A DNA stretch of 64,000 nt from Candidatus Zhuqueibacterota bacterium. Its GTDB lineage: Bacteria; Zhuqueibacterota; Zhuqueibacteria; Residuimicrobiales; Krinioviventaceae. Below the pieces are notes generated by a model, which saw only the letters and a list, made by a program, of their open reading frames with translations, was not told the DNA's origin and did no database searches. Positions 56,652 to 64,000 of this stretch are shown here, one piece after another. Both the position numbers and the translations under genes were made by a program. The DNA lies in assembly GCA_016928775.1 (NCBI GenBank), contig JAFGKD010000069.1:70658-134657 (forward strand). The letters are read 5' to 3'. Within the stretch, counting starts at the first letter, position 1; every line of letters starts with the position of its first letter.

Positions 56652-58490
56652 CTATTTGATTATTAATCCCTTTATAATTTTTATAGACTCTCCGGATTTT
56701 ATACGAAAAAAGTAGGTACCGCTATTGACGATTTTATTCTGATTATCCGTTCCATCCCAAACGACTTGATGTGATCCCATAGTAAAATCTCTATTCACCA
56801 GGGTTTTGATATTCTGCCCCAAAATATTGAAGATTTGAATCTCAACGTTTCCGGCAACAGGCAGATCAAACTCGAGTTTGGTGCTAAGATTAAACGGATT
56901 TGGATACAAACTGACGTGCATTTCGCCTGGTTGTGATGAAAGCCTATGCACACTTGTCATATTGACACAAATGCTATCCATATCCACCTTTTCTATCACC
57001 CTTTCATACAAAAAAGCATGACCCTTGTCATTGAGATGAACTCCATCTCCCGAGTCAAAATCGTCAAGGATGTGCCCGTTTGGTTGAGCGAGGCCATTCC
57101 AAAAATCAAGCGCATAATCGCCGTAAATGGCAAAAATTGAATCCCTGACATTTTCTTGAATTTGAATTTGTGCGGCATTTGTGAAATTTCTCGGTTGCGT
57201 CGTGCAAATCCACACGGGTACGCCCTGTGTTTCGGCCTCACTGGCCATGGCCGCAAAATTAGCCAGTTGGTCTTTGACCGGAAAATAGTTGGCCGCATCA
57301 TTCGATGGCAAATTGATAATAAGGCCGGAAGGATTCAACGACAACGCCTTGGTGACATTTCGTTCCATATCAACTGCTATACCCACGCTGGCACCGGCAG
57401 TGCTTCCAGTGGGTAAAAGATGATACGTCGTGTAGCCTCCTTTAGCGAGATTAATGACCTCGTGTCTTGTGTCATTCACATAAACAGCATTTCGGAATCT
57501 ATAAACCCAGGCACTATCGAGCGCGGACGCACCTGTGCCTTCTGCGGTTGATGATCCCAAAACAACCACAGAGCAGGAACCTGTTTCGGACGATATTTCA
57601 AAGCGATTATCACTCTGATCAACAAGCGTATCCGATGTAACGCGAACAAGACATTGTGTCGAGGGGGTGTTCGGTACGGACCAATCGTAGGATTTCTGAT
57701 ATGATGGAACGGTATCAATGGTCGTCCAATTAGAGCCGTCATCAGTCGAATAGTCCAGGACGGCCGGACTTTGGGTCGTACTTTTCCACGCAATCTTTAC
57801 ATTTTTACCAACCTGCCAAAATTCTTCGCCATTGGGGTGGACCATCTGCAATTCCGGAGTCGGATTGGCATCTGATTGATACTTCATAATCAGCGCACCC
57901 ATATAGAAAAATCCGTAAGAATTGTTATTGTTAGGACCGGTCGAGGCTACAATCTCAATGGTTCCCGCGGCTGTTGGAACATCCGAAAAGGTGACCACTG
58001 TGTTTCGATTCCCGGCCACATTCAGATAAGACGTATCCTGTTTTGAGCCCGTACAGACGTATTGGGTTTCCCTGTTATCCGTCGCGTCACGCGAGGCAAA
58101 TATCGTGATGGTGTACTCTTTTTCAGGATCCAGATTAGATAACCTGATACCTCCTGTAGGCTCAATCCTGTCTGACCAAGTGACGGTATTGCCAAAAAAG
58201 CTGTCTCCGGACGCCGTATTGGGTATCTCTAAAGAAGGATCGGGATTTTGTGTGCCATTGGTGTTGATGCCGTTGAATGCATCAAAGACTTCCAGGCTAA
58301 TAGCGGTTGGTCCACCGAGGGAATTGGGCAAATTGTGCAAAACGCCACTGGTCGGACTTGAAAAATTAATCCACGGTGCTGCTGATGGATTACTGCCGAA
58401 ATCCACCAGAATAGTACTTGTTTGTGCATAAATCTGACACAGGCAGACTGATAGCAAAAACAAAATGATGACAAGCTTTTGTTTGAACAT
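56652..58490 (-). CDS. Secreted SGNH/GDSL-type esterase with N-terminal beta-sandwich domains and T9SS CTD
   Basis: Start taken at ATG 58490 (MFKQKLVIILFLLSVCLCQIYAQ). SGNH blocks are VVVLGSSTAEG (I), INLPSNDA (III) and DGVHLNDKGH (V). An Asp-box-like STDDGSNWTT is present. The CTD is LYPNPFNLSTKLEFDLP...IKGLIIK. Confidence 0.8.
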   Translation of the reverse strand: MFKQKLVIILFLLSVCLCQIYAQTSTILVDFGSNPSAAPWINFSSPTSGVLHNLPNSLGGPTAISLEVFDAFNGINTNGTQNPDPSLEIPNTASGDSFFGNTVTWSDRIEPTGGIRLSNLDPEKEYTITIFASRDATDNRETQYVCTGSKQDTSYLNVAGNRNTVVTFSDVPTAAGTIEIVASTGPNNNNSYGFFYMGALIMKYQSDANPTPELQMVHPNGEEFWQVGKNVKIAWKSTTQSPAVLDYSTDDGSNWTTIDTVPSYQKSYDWSVPNTPSTQCLVRVTSDTLVDQSDNRFEISSETGSCSVVVLGSSTAEGTGASALDSAWVYRFRNAVYVNDTRHEVINLAKGGYTTYHLLPTGSTAGASVGIAVDMERNVTKALSLNPSGLIINLPSNDAANYFPVKDQLANFAAMASEAETQGVPVWICTTQPRNFTNAAQIQIQENVRDSIFAIYGDYALDFWNGLAQPNGHILDDFDSGDGVHLNDKGHAFLYERVIEKVDMDSICVNMTSVHRLSSQPGEMHVSLYPNPFNLSTKLEFDLPVAGNVEIQIFNILGQNIKTLVNRDFTMGSHQVVWDGTDNQNKIVNSGTYFFRIKSGESIKIIKGLIIK

Positions 58491-58581
58491 CTTCGACCTC
58501 ACGATTAGATTTTCTTTTCTCATAGTGCAAAACGCTTGATTTGAAAAAGTAAAGAATATCAATGAACAATATTTAGAACGA

Positions 58582-60378
58582 TTACTTTAGAACAATTACT
58601 TTTTGGCTCAATATGATAGAATTCGTCTTGAGCAGCATCATAAAAAGGCCACTTGCGAGATGACGTGTATCCCAATTAACGCTAAAAGTCCCGGCATCCT
58701 TTTTTTGATTCACCAACTCGGCCACTTTTTCACCGCGGATATTATAAATATCAAGATTGACTGTTGAGCTGTGCGCCACTTTATACTCAATTGTTGTTGA
58801 CATGTTGAATGGATTCGGGTAAACCTTGAGACCGCCCGCGTTATTATAGAGGAAACTCGTTTCCGTCTTCCTTTCCACACGTGTATCAGTATTACTCATA
58901 CGGACATCGTCAAACTCGACCGTGCCGGTCAGTGATTTCAGAGTTGTAAAAAGCGTCCATTTTCCTGCAGGAGCAACAATTGAGGCTCGGTACGTTTGCC
59001 ACTCTGTCGAAAGATCAATCGTTGTTGGATACTCTTTACCTCGCGTCCATATCTGTTGACCCTGAAAATCAAAAAGGATCTGCGCTTTTGCTCCCGCTGT
59101 GGCGCCCCTGATCTTTGCGGTCACAAAATAGGTTTCACCTCCATTTGTCGCACCGGGTAAAAAGTCACCCGTCGCATCCGTGGGCTGGTGCACTTTTTCG
59201 CCGGCTTCCAAACGAATGTAATAATCACCATCAGCAGCCTTGCTCGGATCATATACTCGTTCGACGCCATCTTTGCGGTAACGCCAACCGAACCCGCCAA
59301 ACGGCGCGGCACGCTCGAAACTGCCGTTGGCAACATCCCAATTGCGGCCAAAACCATCGACAATGTCACCGGGATTCACTTGCTTCCAGTCCGGATTTAG
59401 ACTGGTGATGTGGTCGAGCAACACATACGCCTCGCCACTGTGATCCCATTGACAGCCGTGCCACTGCTCCCATAGCCAGGGGAAAAGGCAGACCGAAAGA
59501 TTGGGATCATCAAGCTCGTTCACGACCTCATGGCTATAATTTGCCGGCTCATTGACGTCCCACCCATACGCATTCATAAGAATAATCTGTGGGGCAGAAC
59601 CGTACACTGTTCGTAAATCAGCAACAACATTTTTGTAGCGTCTTTTGATCACGGACTTGCCGCTGCCGACATCATTGGCGCCGGCATTGACGACGATGAT
59701 GTGCGGATCAAAGCCGCTGCGGTAGTCTGGATTCTGGTTATAATAATCCTGAGAAAAAATAAACGACCCGACGCAATTATCACCGCTGTCATACAGGTTG
59801 GCGCCGCCAACGGACTGATTATGCATTTCGGCGCCGAGCATTCGGGTGACTATAGCCGGAAACGCGTAATAGGTTCCCATGTCGCCGTTATTTTTTTCGC
59901 TGTAACTCGAAGATCCATTCATATTCGAATCGCCAAAAAACTCGATGCGCAACGAGGGCCGTGGATGAAGCGGGAGAAGACCATCACCGGTAACCTCGAG
60001 GCCGTAAAAATGGGTTTTGCCGTTGAATGTTTCCTTAAACAGTTCGACGGTATGCAGTCCATCAGCAAGATTTTTCGCCAACGCATAGGTATTTCGGCTG
60101 GACGAAAAAACGCGTCGGTTTTCTTCCGGTTTGCTGTCAATGATGACGCGATATTGCTCAACCGCGGTGCCGCTTATATCGACACTGATCCCGGTGCCGT
60201 TGAATTTTACAATGATGGACGAGCCTTGCCACGCCACCCACGGCGTCGATGGATTGTCAAAATTCCATCGCCCGGTATAGCGGATATTCTCATTGGTCGG
60301 AGGAATGACCACATTGCTGATACTGGCTTTTAAAAGCAGCAAGAAAAGGAACAGGCTGTAAACAATAATTTTGGTCAT
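58582..60378 (-). CDS. Secreted carbohydrate esterase (CE2-like: N-terminal jelly-roll plus SGNH) with CBM4/9-like module and T9SS CTD
   Basis: Start taken at ATG 60378 (MTKIIVYSLFLFLLLL). SGNH blocks are IEFFGDSNMNG and VVNAGANDV. The CBM-like module runs NGSFERAAPFGGFGW...VEFDDVRMSN. The CTD is VYPNPFNMSTTIEYKV...QKVIVLK. Confidence 0.8.
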   Translation of the reverse strand: MTKIIVYSLFLFLLLLKASISNVVIPPTNENIRYTGRWNFDNPSTPWVAWQGSSIIVKFNGTGISVDISGTAVEQYRVIIDSKPEENRRVFSSSRNTYALAKNLADGLHTVELFKETFNGKTHFYGLEVTGDGLLPLHPRPSLRIEFFGDSNMNGSSSYSEKNNGDMGTYYAFPAIVTRMLGAEMHNQSVGGANLYDSGDNCVGSFIFSQDYYNQNPDYRSGFDPHIIVVNAGANDVGSGKSVIKRRYKNVVADLRTVYGSAPQIILMNAYGWDVNEPANYSHEVVNELDDPNLSVCLFPWLWEQWHGCQWDHSGEAYVLLDHITSLNPDWKQVNPGDIVDGFGRNWDVANGSFERAAPFGGFGWRYRKDGVERVYDPSKAADGDYYIRLEAGEKVHQPTDATGDFLPGATNGGETYFVTAKIRGATAGAKAQILFDFQGQQIWTRGKEYPTTIDLSTEWQTYRASIVAPAGKWTLFTTLKSLTGTVEFDDVRMSNTDTRVERKTETSFLYNNAGGLKVYPNPFNMSTTIEYKVAHSSTVNLDIYNIRGEKVAELVNQKKDAGTFSVNWDTRHLASGLFMMLLKTNSIILSQKVIVLK

Positions 60379-60627
60379 AAGATTCTTTCGAAAAATTTGG
60401 AACGATAACATATCATCATTTATCAACACGTGATAAAATGGCTGCGCTGCACCAATATAAGTAAATTGATGTGCTAACAAAAGTTTTAATGTTTGATATG
60501 TTTTGGTATCAGGTTTATGGATTTTGTATGATCATATTTCTGTGTTTTTTTTATCTCGGGTAAATCAGGGATGCCGGCCCATCCTCTGTAGTCAAATTCG
60601 CGGATATCCTTTATAATGTACCCAATC

Positions 60628-60668
60628 AAAATCGCACATCCAAAATGAAATATGAATGTGCGATTTCC
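60628..60668 (-). terminator. Rho-independent terminator after the 60686..62077 gene
   Basis: A perfect 11-bp stem joins AAATCGCACAT (60629-60639) and ATGTGCGATTT (60656-60666). On the minus strand it is followed by TTTTGATT, about 20 nt after the stop. Confidence 0.65.
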
Positions 60669-60685
60669 TTTTGTCGTGTGTTGCC

Positions 60686-62077
60686 TTAACGGATCAAAAG
60701 CATTTTGCGCGTTTGCGAAAAAGCTTCGGTCACCAGTTTATAAAAATAGGTGCCACTTGGCATATCACCGGCATCCCACTGAAAAGTATGACGACCGGCC
60801 GGCAGATTCTCCGACACCAGTTCGGTCACCTTTTCTCCTATTACATTATAAACCGCCAGTGTCGCCATGCTGGTTTTGCCTAATTCAAAAGCAATAGTGG
60901 TTGTCGGATTGAACGGATTCGGATAATTTTGTTCCAGTTCAAAAGATGCAGCAATTTGCGGCGCTTTATTCTGCACCCTGGTCAGGCCGCCGCCAGTGTT
61001 TGAGGTATAGATTTGATCGAACAGCAAGCGTTCGGGAATCTGTTGATTTTCATAACCATTCTCAAGCCGGAACTCGGTCACATTGGCGTAGTCAAAACTA
61101 TCCCAATAGAGCTCAAACTTGTTCAGCGGGATCGAGAGATGTTTCCATTCACCGTCGAAACCAAACGTCTCGGCATCCGCCGGGAACCAGACGGCGTTTC
61201 CATCCTTGTCATAAAATCCAAGTGACAGCGCATTGATGCCGGCCGGCGCTTTAACCAAAAGGTTCAACGTGTCCGTTTCCCAGCAATGCGTAAAATTCTG
61301 CGGCGGGAATTTAAACTGCTGACCCTGCCATCCTTCACCGTTGGATGTTTCCCAGACCAGGGCACTCGTGCTGTCGGTTGCGCCTTCACCGTCGGCGATT
61401 TGTAGCTCATTGTTTTCAAATCCCCACGCGGCGAACTCGATGCCGCCGGAGACTTTCTTGCCATCAAAAATAGTTATTCTGACCGGAACCATAGGATCGC
61501 CAACCCAGACATGATCGATGTACATCATCGGAAATTCCGAGTCATCATCTTCAGTCGGCCGTTCAATACTGACGGCAATGATATTGGTATAGTCGATCGG
61601 ATCCTTGTACTCCCAGAAATCGGATAATCCCACGCTAAACTGATGCCACTGTTTATCCTGCAAAACGGCAAGCGACTCTTCCAGCTCAAACAGTAAGGCA
61701 TTGTCCCAGGTTGAATTTCGCGGATCATAGAGCCAGACATTCAGCCGGTCGCCGTCTTGTATACCCTCCGGGGCTCTCAGCTTAAAATAGACCGAATCCG
61801 GTACAATATCCTCAATATCGAATCCGATGTCTCCAATATAAACCCCGTAAGACATATTTTCCGTTCCGGCATTTTTTTCCCACACGACCTCGATAGCCGC
61901 CGTGCCTGGGATATAACCGGTATCTTCAACTGGACCCGGTTCCTGAACAAAATCCCAGGTCCAAATATACGTGCCTTCATTGGTCAGACCGCCAGTGTAA
62001 AAATCGATCCATTCATAATCGCCAGCCAAACTGACTGTTGACATGATAACGAGAAAAAATATTTTGAATAATCTCAT
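60686..62077 (-). CDS. Secreted protein made of two tandem CBM-like beta-sandwich modules plus T9SS CTD; no catalytic domain recognised
   Basis: Start taken at ATG 62077 (MRLFKIFFLVIMSTVSLAG). The two modules end in MYIDHVWVGD and LLFDQIYTSN, like the CBM of the GH16 protein (FALDDIYWDN). The CTD is NYPNPFNPTTTIAFELG...RKMLLIR. Confidence 0.75.
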   Translation of the reverse strand: MRLFKIFFLVIMSTVSLAGDYEWIDFYTGGLTNEGTYIWTWDFVQEPGPVEDTGYIPGTAAIEVVWEKNAGTENMSYGVYIGDIGFDIEDIVPDSVYFKLRAPEGIQDGDRLNVWLYDPRNSTWDNALLFELEESLAVLQDKQWHQFSVGLSDFWEYKDPIDYTNIIAVSIERPTEDDDSEFPMMYIDHVWVGDPMVPVRITIFDGKKVSGGIEFAAWGFENNELQIADGEGATDSTSALVWETSNGEGWQGQQFKFPPQNFTHCWETDTLNLLVKAPAGINALSLGFYDKDGNAVWFPADAETFGFDGEWKHLSIPLNKFELYWDSFDYANVTEFRLENGYENQQIPERLLFDQIYTSNTGGGLTRVQNKAPQIAASFELEQNYPNPFNPTTTIAFELGKTSMATLAVYNVIGEKVTELVSENLPAGRHTFQWDAGDMPSGTYFYKLVTEAFSQTRKMLLIR

Positions 62078-62311
62078 CACAATATCCTCCTTGTTCATTA
62101 ATGAATTGATAGAGAATTGTAGCCACTAATAAAGTTAAAAATTCCTGGAAAGGTGTATCTTGTTATCAGAATTTAACCTTCTGTTTTTCCAAATAATTAA
62201 TTATATAACTTAATTTCGTCCCTCAATGGCAAAATTTCAAGTTTTTAACTGTTTTTAACGGTTAAGATATGTTATATTTCTCATTCTTTATTCATTTAAT
62301 GAACTGAACAA

Positions 62312-62557
62312 CTAAATCCGGAAGTTAGATGTCTTTTCGCAAGAGTGGCAACTGATGTCGGATTGGGAAACGGTGTTTGTCGATTGGACGTTTCCCGGCA
62401 CTTTGACAACCGTTGATAAATTTGAAAACGCCGACAACAGCAATTGGATCGTTGAGACATAGTTTTGCCCTGCCTCAACATGCATGGACCTTTTAATCAC
62501 CACTATTCCATGCTTAAAATCCGGCATCATGATGAGCTCACCTCGCCGTGATAACAT
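62312..62557 (-). CDS. Possible small hypothetical protein (81 aa)
   Basis: This is the only ORF in a 586-bp divergent intergenic region. The stretch looks more GC-rich than its AT-rich flanks. No family was recognised. Confidence 0.2.
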   Translation of the reverse strand: MLSRRGELIMMPDFKHGIVVIKRSMHVEAGQNYVSTIQLLLSAFSNLSTVVKVPGNVQSTNTVSQSDISCHSCEKTSNFRI

Positions 62558-62684
62558 AACAAATTATCATTCATAGATAATTTTCTCAAACAACATATGA
62601 TCTCAAGAATTGGTTGAGTGAATGGATTGCTTTTTTTATATTATATCGAAAACTGCAGTTAGATATATCCGGAAAGGATAGAAA

Positions 62685-64000
62685 GTGTGCACAAAAATAC
62701 ATCTGGTCTTATTATTCAGTCACATATTTACTTTGCAAACCTTCGCCCAGGTGAACTGGCCGCAATTTCGAGGTGAATCGTGCGGTGTAGTTAAGGATGA
62801 GGTGTTACCGCTAACCTGGGACACAAAGGAAAATGTGCTGTGGACTGCCGATATTCCCGGTCGCGGCTGGTCCTGTCCGATTGTGTGGGGCGATAAAATT
62901 TACCTGACCACCGTAGCCAGTGAGGGACAGGTGGAAGAAGCCAAAAAGGGGCTTTATCTTGGCGGAAACAGAAACAAACCATCAACAGACACACATCACT
63001 GGATTGTCTATTGTTTTGATTGGGATAGTGGAGAAATTCTGTGGCAAAAGACGGTTCATATTGGTAAACCCGCTGAACCGGTTCATATTAAAAACACCTA
63101 TGCGTCGGAAACACCGGTCACCGACGGCGAACGCGTTTACGTTTATTTCGGCAATCTCGGCGCATTTTGCTTTGATCTGGATGGCAATGAACTCTGGCGG
63201 GCAAAGCTTGATCCAGTCAAGATGCGACATGACTGGGGTACCGCCGCCTCGCCCGTGCTGCACGAAAATAAATTATTCATCGTGAATGACAACGAAGAGG
63301 ATTCGTATCTGCTCGCCTTGAACACCAAAACCGGCGAAGAAGTATTTCGAATCGACCACCATGAAAAAAGCAACTGGGCGACACCCTATATTTGGCAAAA
63401 CAGTAAACGTACGGAACTGGTCACTTGTGGGACAAACAAAGTTCGCTCCTATGATCTTGAAGGGAATCTGCTATGGGAACTTGGTCCCATGTCCTCCATT
63501 GTAATTCCCACGCCGGTGGAACATAACGATTTACTTTACATCTGTAGTGGTTTTGTCGGTGACTTGAAAAATCGACCGATCTATGCTGTTCGTCCTGGAG
63601 CCACAGGTGACATTTCTCCTGACGATAATATTCCTGGAGAATATATCGCCTGGTTCCATAAAACCGGTGGACCCTACAATCCCTCACCCATTGCATATGG
63701 CGACTACTTTTATGTCCTTTTCGACCGGGGCACCGTGAACTGTTTCGAAAGCCTTTCAGGCAAATTGGTTTATGAAAAACAGCGCCTTGCAGATGATGCC
63801 AAAGCGTTCACCGCCTCCCCCTGGGCTAATGACGGTAAGCTGTTCTTTTTGAGTGAAGACGGCGATACCTTTGTCGTGCAAGCCGGACCCGAATTCAAGA
63901 TATTGGGAAGAAATCCGCTCAACGAAATGTGTATGGCGACACCGGCAACGCTGCGCGGCAGAATCATTATCCGGACATTGACAAAGTTGTATTCGATTGG
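62685..64000 (+). CDS. PQQ-like (BamB-type) beta-propeller repeat protein; 3' end outside the window and absent from the supplied ORF track
   Basis: Manual translation from GTG 62685 gives (M)CTKIHLVLLFSHIFTLQTFAQ/VNWPQFRGESCGVV...NVLWTADIPGRGWSCPIVWGDKIYLTT...GEILWQK...GNELWRAKL...GEEVFRI...GNLLWELG...GKLVYEK...LRGRIIIRTLTKLYSI. There is no stop up to 64000, and W-containing blades recur. Confidence 0.85.
   Translation, partial: MCTKIHLVLLFSHIFTLQTFAQVNWPQFRGESCGVVKDEVLPLTWDTKENVLWTADIPGRGWSCPIVWGDKIYLTTVASEGQVEEAKKGLYLGGNRNKPSTDTHHWIVYCFDWDSGEILWQKTVHIGKPAEPVHIKNTYASETPVTDGERVYVYFGNLGAFCFDLDGNELWRAKLDPVKMRHDWGTAASPVLHENKLFIVNDNEEDSYLLALNTKTGEEVFRIDHHEKSNWATPYIWQNSKRTELVTCGTNKVRSYDLEGNLLWELGPMSSIVIPTPVEHNDLLYICSGFVGDLKNRPIYAVRPGATGDISPDDNIPGEYIAWFHKTGGPYNPSPIAYGDYFYVLFDRGTVNCFESLSGKLVYEKQRLADDAKAFTASPWANDGKLFFLSEDGDTFVVQAGPEFKILGRNPLNEMCMATPATLRGRIIIRTLTKLYSI

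Overview
This is a 64-kb chromosomal segment from a Gram-negative bacterium. It probably belongs to the FCB (Fibrobacteres/Chlorobi/Bacteroidetes-like) radiation, because eight encoded proteins end in the type IX secretion (T9SS) C-terminal sorting domain ((Y/F)PNPFN ... hydrophobic tail ending in K/R). No rRNA, tRNA, CRISPR array, transposase or integrase was recognised.

Layout:
1. 1-16.1 kb: housekeeping genes, almost all on the minus strand. They are an M23 peptidase, SuhB-like phosphatase, MutS2, CvpA, YqeY, ribosomal protein S21, HIT, RsmE, an Omp85-family protein, an RsbW-like kinase, a 600-aa beta-barrel, DUF502, FtsB, enolase, and a polyprenol-kinase/DUF92 fusion.
2. 16.1-16.7 kb: an AT-rich 558-bp spacer with three perfect DnaA boxes.
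3. 16.7-22.4 kb: a 1899-aa gingipain-like (C25) T9SS protein carrying two ILEI/FAM3-like domains.
4. 22.5-39.8 kb: a Wzx/Wzy-type exopolysaccharide locus. It holds a WecA-like initiator, two flippases, six glycosyltransferases, a methyltransferase, an acetyltransferase, Wzi-like, PCP and Wza-like proteins. A very good sigma-54 promoter match with upstream repeats precedes it, and a sensor-less sigma-54 activator gene lies next door.
5. 42-47.3 kb: housekeeping genes (EcfA-like ATPase, dGTPase-like, PHP phosphatase, Memo-like, nitroreductase, SfsA).
6. 47.7-62.1 kb: an island of T9SS-secreted glycan-active proteins (GH16, a GH5 lipoprotein, two SGNH esterases, a CotH kinase-like protein, CBM-only proteins) with two esterase gene remnants and no SusC/SusD.
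7. 62.7-64.0 kb: a PQQ-like beta-propeller ORF that runs off the window and is absent from the supplied ORF track.

All function calls rest on motif recognition by eye. No database search was run.
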